64,000 nucleotides of DNA from Sedimentisphaerales bacterium (GTDB taxonomy: Bacteria > Planctomycetota > Phycisphaerae > Sedimentisphaerales > SM23-30): assembly GCA_963666285.1 (NCBI GenBank), contig OY762711.1. One strand, written 5' to 3'. Of this stretch, positions 58,210-64,000 are shown in pieces. The translations under genes were made by a program, and so were the position numbers. The first letter of the stretch is position 1. Every line of letters starts with the position of its first letter. The notes beneath the pieces are model-generated. The model had not been told where the DNA came from. It did no database searches and saw only the letters and a list, made by a program, of their open reading frames with translations.

Positions 58210-61200
58210 CTAGATCCTGGTCGGGAATAATGCTTTCAGATCGCTGAAAGATGCCGAACTGTTGTATGTGCCGAGCCCCATGCCGCCATCTGTGACGGAG
58301 GAATCGAAAGTGAAAGCAACAGTCTTTGAGCTATCCAGCATGATACTGGCGACATTACCATTCAGCACGAGTCTGAGGCTATAGTCGGTATCCTTTTTGA
58401 GCTTAGCAGAGACCCTGGAATCGATAACCCAGCCATCTTCGGTTCTATGGCCGATTACCAGTTTATTCTTTGAAGCATTGATACCGGCAAATTTGAAGTT
58501 AGTTTCACTGACATAGTCGAAGATAATATACCCTTCAATCGAATAGCCGCGGCCAAGACTGTCGATATTGACAGTAGCAGAGATTTCAGAATAGTCAGCA
58601 AGTGTGCCGGAATCGAGCAGCTGCATAACAGCCTGAGTTTTCTTTTCGGTAACGGCGACCGTAACAGCTTCGTCCAGCAGGTCAGACTGTGAACCGGCCG
58701 GCATAGAAGAAAGGTCCAGCCTCATGCCGATAGCATGGTTGAATACCAGCTCTGCCCTGTCGGATATGGCAGAACTCTCAGTATCAAGCAGTACTTTGCC
58801 CTGAGAATCGATAGAATTGAACAGGAGGCCGCCGATAAGCTCGTTATAGGTTGGTGAAAGAGTATTAGATCCGCCATTGGAGATACTGCCGAGAACGCTG
58901 TCGATCTGGTCTTTACCGGTACCGCCGATAAGAACGGAATCTTCAGAGGTTGATGTCATAACATCATCGCCCCACTGGCCCAGGACAAGCGAAGCACCAT
59001 CAACACTAATATTTTCACTATCTATAGTGCTGGTACTGGCATCGTAATCCTGCAGGGTATGTTTAAGCTGCCTGGAAACATCCAGATTGGCAACATTAAA
59101 TTTGATATTTCTGTCCGGCAGATAGGTATCAGACAGGCCAGAGGTGACAATGCCAAAGATAGAAGCACTATCGCCAAAGATAATGTCCTGAGACGATGTA
59201 CTGACGATAGTATCATTACCGGCATTGAGGGTGATCTTTGTCTTGTTGCCGCCGCGATCGATGTAGTTGTTATGATGCCAGGTAGAAGGCGAGATAGAAT
59301 ACTGGGTGTCATACCTGTCATTGATAAAGGTTGACAGATCTTTGAGCAGGTTAGAAATATCCCTGTCAGCCAGTTTCTGATCTTCGTAACTGCCGAGGTC
59401 AACAACCGGAACTGCGATAACCGCAGCATTACCAAAGATTATATCCTGACCATCCTCGTTTTGGATGATATTGTTATGAATAGACTGGGTATAGCTGTAA
59501 TCCCAGGTAATATCATCAAGCTGGTTGTTGGCATATTTCAAACTGTCGAGTTTGAGTGAATTCTGATGTTTTTTGAGATCCTTGAGCCAATCAGAAGCAG
59601 ATTTGGCCAGTATGGAATCGACATTACTTACCAAAGAAGGGTCTATATCAGAATCATCACCGGCAGTATAAGGTCCGGCATCGACAGAAGCTGATATTAA
59701 TGTACCATTATCGCCAACAACGAGGTCGTTACCCAATCCGGAATCGATAATGTCGTTATTGACAACCAGAGCATGAAGGTCAGGATCAACCTGGTCGGAA
59801 GCGGCAATCTTATACTTTTTACTGTTTTCGGCACCAACATCCTCGATCATATCACCAATAACCTGATGGTGCATCTGGAATAAGGCTGAATCGATATCGG
59901 TTGCTACCCAGGCAGCATCCAGCAGATAGTCTTGCAGCTGTTTGGCCTGATCCATATACCTGTATTCGAGGTCCGGCATGCCATTGACGAAAGATTTTAC
60001 GATAAGACCGTCATCGCCAAAGATAATATCATCACCGGAACCGCCAATGACAGAATCGTTACCAACTTCGAGATAGTAGGTATCAGCATTTGCTCCGGTC
60101 AGGTATTCATAGTCAAGAGCCAGCCCTGAGAGACTGTAGGAAAGCTGCTGGATAGAATCCCAGACGGTATCCCTGGCGTCAGTTATGGAATCCAGCTCGT
60201 AGGTGAGTTCAGACTGGAAAGTACCGCCGTCGGCCATGACAAGGTCATCACCATCACCGGCTTCGATAATATCCCTGCCGTCGAGGACATCGGTATGCCC
60301 GGCGACATCAGGAATAATAGAGAAATACGGCCGGAGAGATGTACTGTCGTCGAGGGGTATATCAGAGACATCGTTATCCAATACATACTGCTGGACGCTA
60401 TCGGGCAGGACCGAACCTATAGCAGAACTGTAAACAAACGGAGAAGCAACATTGACACTCTGCGGTTCAATAGTGACCGGAGAAGACAAAACAGTACCGA
60501 GCTGGCTAATAACAACACCAGAGCCTTCCTGGGCAATATCAGCAATGAGCCTGACACCGTTGTAAATATACGGGAGATCAGAGTCGGTAGTAACAATATT
60601 AGACGCAGAATCGCCAAATATGGTATCATTGCCGTCGCTGCCGTAGAGATAATCGTCGCCACGATAGCCGAAGATATAGTCGTTGCCATCGCCGCCATCA
60701 ATAGTATTGGAGACAATCTGGAGGATATCTATGCCCAGCAGGTAAGTCTGCCAGGTATTGTCGCTGGTAACCTTGGAATTGTCCTGGTTAAACTGCCCTA
60801 CCGCAATGACCATATCAGATTCGAACAGCATAGAGGCAATAAGCTGATCTGCCAGATCAAGTCTGCCGCTGGTAGAAATAATGGAAGTAACCTGGGCAAT
60901 GTCTTCCAGCATAACATCTCTATGCCAGGAGCCGTCCTCGTTGATCAGCGGGTTACCGGAGTCATCATAGCCGCGATAAATAGTACCTTCATTGGCAATA
61001 AGAATATCGCTTTCGGAACCGCCTGAGATATCGTCACTGCCGAGACCGCCGATAATCTCATCGTTACCGGCATTGCCATAGATAGTATCATCACCATATT
61101 GACCGAAAATGCGGTCATCGCCGAGTCCGCCTGTGATAATATCATTGCCATAGACACCAGGGGTGACAAGATTGCGGGTAACATCGCGGATGACATCAGC

Positions 61201-63999
61201 AAATGGTTCTGGATAAGATAGCCACTGGTCGGAATCGTAACGCCTGCTTATGACAGCATTATCGCCAACAATAACATCTGCATCATCACCACCATCGATT
61301 GTATCGCTGCCGTCAACAGCGTCGAACATGTTGTGACCGCCGAAGATATCATCCTGACCGGCGTTACCATAGATAGTGTCATCACCCTGCTGGCCCATAA
61401 TGAAGTCATCACCATCGCCACCAGATAAGGTATCGTTACCACCGGTGATATCATCGGCCAGACTAACCATACGTTCGTTTGGATCTGCGGTACTGTTGTA
61501 TGAGCCGTAATCGCCAAGGATATGGTCGGAACCGGCACCGGCAGAGATGGTGTCATCACCAAGACCGCCAAAGATTACATCATCGCCCTGGCCGGTAGTT
61601 ACAGTATCATCATCACCAGAGAGATAATCAATAGTTTCGATTGTAATAGACGTTATGGCGGCATCAAGCGTATCGTATTGAGCCGAGGCATTGTCAGCAG
61701 CAACAAAAGCAGCTGTTTCAGCTTCAGCAGTGACATTGTCTTTACCAGAACCGGCAATAACAACGGCATGGCTGGAAGTAATATTAACAGTATCATCACC
61801 ATAATAATCCGGATCGACAGCCTGGACATTATACAGTACAAAACCGGTTTCAGAGTTACGGGAATACGTAATAGTTCCATTATCAGAAATAACAGAGCTC
61901 AGGCCGCCGGTAATAGTGATATCGTCACTGCCGGAACCGGCAATAACGTCGTTTATGCCAGTACCAAGTTCTATGGTATCATCGCCGCCGAGAGCAGTGT
62001 CTATTGCAGAGAAGTTTGTAATCAGTGCAGTATTATCGCTGCTCTCAAACTGGATAGAGGCCCGATCACCAGCGACAGTATGATTGCCGGTGGCAGCTTT
62101 GATGGTATCGGAGCCGAGCCCGCCAATGGCAACGAGGCTACCGATGAGTCCGTCAATGATATCATCGCCGAAGCCTGGTGCTTCGACTGAAGATATGTCG
62201 TTATAGAGCCAGATATTCTCAGCCGAGGTATTTACAGCGAGTCCATTACCAAGAACAAAGTTATCAGTTGTTACCAGGCCGCGGTCAGCAATAATAATAT
62301 CATCAGCCTGGGAGCCGGTAATGGTATCATTGCCCTGGCCGCCGAAGATAATAAGCGGCAGTGTAGACTGAGAGGCCTCGACAGTATCATTATCAGAAGC
62401 AGAACCGGTTAACAGATTTCTGCCCTGGGTATCAACGATCAGCCGACCATCTGAGCTATCGGCAAGAGATATGGCAACAGAGTCATCGCCAAGACCGGTG
62501 ATAAGACCGGTGACAGTCTGGATACCCTGGCGATAATGAGCGGCATCAATATTCACGGTATCGGCACCAGAGCCGAGGAAGTAAGTTATGCCGTTAACAA
62601 AATCGCCAGCCGGATTGGCGGAATAGCTAATAGTGCCGGGTGCCAGGTTTATGATGGAAATTTCGCCGCTGACTGCAGTATCATCTGGAGTGTTGGTAAT
62701 CCTGATATCATCGTAATCGGCAGTGTCGGATTCGTTACTAACCTGGAGAGTATGGCTACCGGAACCTGCGATAATGTTCAGATTTCCATTTATGGCATTT
62801 ACGTTGCCGGTGAGATAATCATTATGTTCGGCATTAGTCAAAGCCGCATCAGAAGATACATAAATACTTTCGTCACCATCATTCAAAGTGAGCGTGGTAT
62901 TAGCAGAGGTAGATTTGACATTGACAATTTCTGAGCCAAAACCAAGGTTGACATTGAGGAAAGCGATATTGTAATAATTTATCGCATCTTCAAGGGACAG
63001 GCCGGTAATGGCGTCCGAGGTGAGATTCAGGATATCATCATCAGTACTCGCGGTATTGTCAACATTAACGGTATCAAGACCGGAGCCATTTATAACGAGC
63101 AGGCTGTTAATGTCTGCGACAGTACCGTTGGTATCCGGAGCATTTGTTCCAATATTAACCTGGTCGGCACCAGCAGAATTATTAAGCTCGGTATAACCTG
63201 AAATTTTCTTAATATTGATCTGGTCGTTACCGACAGCAGAATTGATAATTGTCTTTTCCAGGTGGGTATCGATAATGTCAATAATATCATTTCCAGAACC
63301 GGCCAGCAATTCAATCTGTTCGAATGAAGTGTAGAACAGTCCGCTTTCTGAAAGGCCAAAGCCAGTGATGATATCGGCATTAAGAACAGCTGTATTGTCA
63401 ACAGTATCGCCGGAATCATCAAGATACAGGATATCTGAGCCGATACCGGCTTCCAATGCCAGGTAATCATCGATAGAATCAACAGTATTAGAATCATCGG
63501 ATATAGTGACAGTATCATCATCGGCACCGGTATCGAGGTTAAGCTGTCCCTGGATAGTCTTAATAGAAACAATATCATTACCAGAGTGAGTATTGATAGA
63601 GTTTGTGCCGGTAATGATGCTTTCAACTGTAACATTATCTGCCGCTTTGCCGGTGTTCAGGTAGAAGGCTTCGAAATCGGCATAAGTGATACTTTCGGAA
63701 AGATTACTGATGCCGAAACCGGAAACAGTATTGCCGGTGACAGTACCAAGGCTGTCGAGAGACTCGTCGGAATCATCGAAGAATATAGTGTCATCACCAC
63801 TACCGGCAGAAACTGCCAATGAACCGCTGATGTCGTTCAGCAGTCCGCTATTACCTGTAACGCTTTCAGTAGAATCATAGAGAGAACCAATGCTGACAGT
63901 ATCATTATCATTACCGGTATCAATTTGGATTTCACCGCTGACAGAAAGAATTTCGACAATGTCATCGCCACTATTGGATGAGATATTTGCAGCAGTTGA
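58210..63999 (-). CDS. Giant RTX-like calcium-binding repeat protein (5'-partial; frame is open to the window edge)
   Basis: Many GG.G.D.I.G..G.D.I.GD repeats, highly acidic; C-terminal beta-sandwich (FDYVSETNFKFAGI..NKLVIGHR); no stop in frame from 63819 to 63999. Confidence 0.88.
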   Translation of the reverse strand, partial: STAANISSNSGDDIVEILSVSGEIQIDTGNDNDTVSIGSLYDSTESVTGNSGLLNDISGSLAVSAGSGDDTIFFDDSDESLDSLGTVTGNTVSGFGISNLSESITYADFEAFYLNTGKAADNVTVESIITGTNSINTHSGNDIVSIKTIQGQLNLDTGADDDTVTISDDSNTVDSIDDYLALEAGIGSDILYLDDSGDTVDNTAVLNADIITGFGLSESGLFYTSFEQIELLAGSGNDIIDIIDTHLEKTIINSAVGNDQINIKKISGYTELNNSAGADQVNIGTNAPDTNGTVADINSLLVINGSGLDTVNVDNTASTDDDILNLTSDAITGLSLEDAINYYNIAFLNVNLGFGSEIVNVKSTSANTTLTLNDGDESIYVSSDAALTNAEHNDYLTGNVNAINGNLNIIAGSGSHTLQVSNESDTADYDDIRITNTPDDTAVSGEISIINLAPGTISYSANPAGDFVNGITYFLGSGADTVNIDAAHYRQGIQTVTGLITGLGDDSVAISLADSSDGRLIVDTQGRNLLTGSASDNDTVEASQSTLPLIIFGGQGNDTITGSQADDIIIADRGLVTTDNFVLGNGLAVNTSAENIWLYNDISSVEAPGFGDDIIDGLIGSLVAIGGLGSDTIKAATGNHTVAGDRASIQFESSDNTALITNFSAIDTALGGDDTIELGTGINDVIAGSGSDDITITGGLSSVISDNGTITYSRNSETGFVLYNVQAVDPDYYGDDTVNITSSHAVVIAGSGKDNVTAEAETAAFVAADNASAQYDTLDAAITSITIETIDYLSGDDDTVTTGQGDDVIFGGLGDDTISAGAGSDHILGDYGSYNSTADPNERMVSLADDITGGNDTLSGGDGDDFIMGQQGDDTIYGNAGQDDIFGGHNMFDAVDGSDTIDGGDDADVIVGDNAVISRRYDSDQWLSYPEPFADVIRDVTRNLVTPGVYGNDIITGGLGDDRIFGQYGDDTIYGNAGNDEIIGGLGSDDISGGSESDILIANEGTIYRGYDDSGNPLINEDGSWHRDVMLEDIAQVTSIISTSGRLDLADQLIASMLFESDMVIAVGQFNQDNSKVTSDNTWQTYLLGIDILQIVSNTIDGGDGNDYIFGYRGDDYLYGSDGNDTIFGDSASNIVTTDSDLPYIYNGVRLIADIAQEGSGVVISQLGTVLSSPVTIEPQSVNVASPFVYSSAIGSVLPDSVQQYVLDNDVSDIPLDDSTSLRPYFSIIPDVAGHTDVLDGRDIIEAGDGDDLVMADGGTFQSELTYELDSITDARDTVWDSIQQLSYSLSGLALDYEYLTGANADTYYLEVGNDSVIGGSGDDIIFGDDGLIVKSFVNGMPDLEYRYMDQAKQLQDYLLDAAWVATDIDSALFQMHHQVIGDMIEDVGAENSKKYKIAASDQVDPDLHALVVNNDIIDSGLGNDLVVGDNGTLISASVDAGPYTAGDDSDIDPSLVSNVDSILAKSASDWLKDLKKHQNSLKLDSLKYANNQLDDITWDYSYTQSIHNNIIQNEDGQDIIFGNAAVIAVPVVDLGSYEDQKLADRDISNLLKDLSTFINDRYDTQYSISPSTWHHNNYIDRGGNKTKITLNAGNDTIVSTSSQDIIFGDSASIFGIVTSGLSDTYLPDRNIKFNVANLDVSRQLKHTLQDYDASTSTIDSENISVDGASLVLGQWGDDVMTSTSEDSVLIGGTGKDQIDSVLGSISNGGSNTLSPTYNELIGGLLFNSIDSQGKVLLDTESSAISDRAELVFNHAIGMRLDLSSMPAGSQSDLLDEAVTVAVTEKKTQAVMQLLDSGTLADYSEISATVNIDSLGRGYSIEGYIIFDYVSETNFKFAGINASKNKLVIGHRTEDGWVIDSRVSAKLKKDTDYSLRLVLNGNVASIMLDSSKTVAFTFDSSVTDGGMGLGTYNSSASFSDLKALFPTRI

Positions 64000-64000
64000 A

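Noticed and set aside
1..64000. Numerous short ORFs overlapping the called genes (e.g. 5536-6318, 60295-61026)
   Set aside because: Antisense or alternate-frame shadows of well-supported CDSs, with no motifs

Overview
Gene-dense, moderately AT-rich bacterial chromosome segment. The gene content points, by inference, to an anaerobic planctomycete of the Phycisphaerae/Sedimentisphaerales type: PEP-CTERM, C-terminal dockerin-like tags, an LRR protein, a giant RTX-like protein and NfnAB. Bases 1-42.8 kb are mostly housekeeping genes (nfnAB, murCB, argH, xseAB, thrC, mreCD, aroA/aroF/pheA, coaB, lipA, phoBR-pstSCAB-orf-phoU with TTAACA Pho-box repeats, mnmE, dprA, lpxL-like, lysS) plus two glycoside hydrolases. 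Bases 42.8-52 kb hold secreted polysaccharide-related proteins: a modular PL1 pectate lyase and three paralogues sharing one DNRLRE/CBM96-like domain. Bases 52-64 kb are accessory: a 1.85-kb non-coding, strand-biased mosaic of about ten different 7-nt tandem-repeat tracts, 9/10-nt triplets and GC hairpins, then an IS3-family element, an LRR gene, an Ig-repeat/dockerin protein and the 3' part of a giant RTX-like protein. The best novelty candidates are the modular repeat mosaic (52040-53890), a dispersed ~210-bp multi-hairpin repeat (34363-34578 and 47871-48075, with solo end fragments at 6799 and 9311), and two candidate small RNAs. No rRNA, tRNA, CRISPR array or reverse transcriptase was recognised. 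All calls come from reading the sequence; no searches were run.
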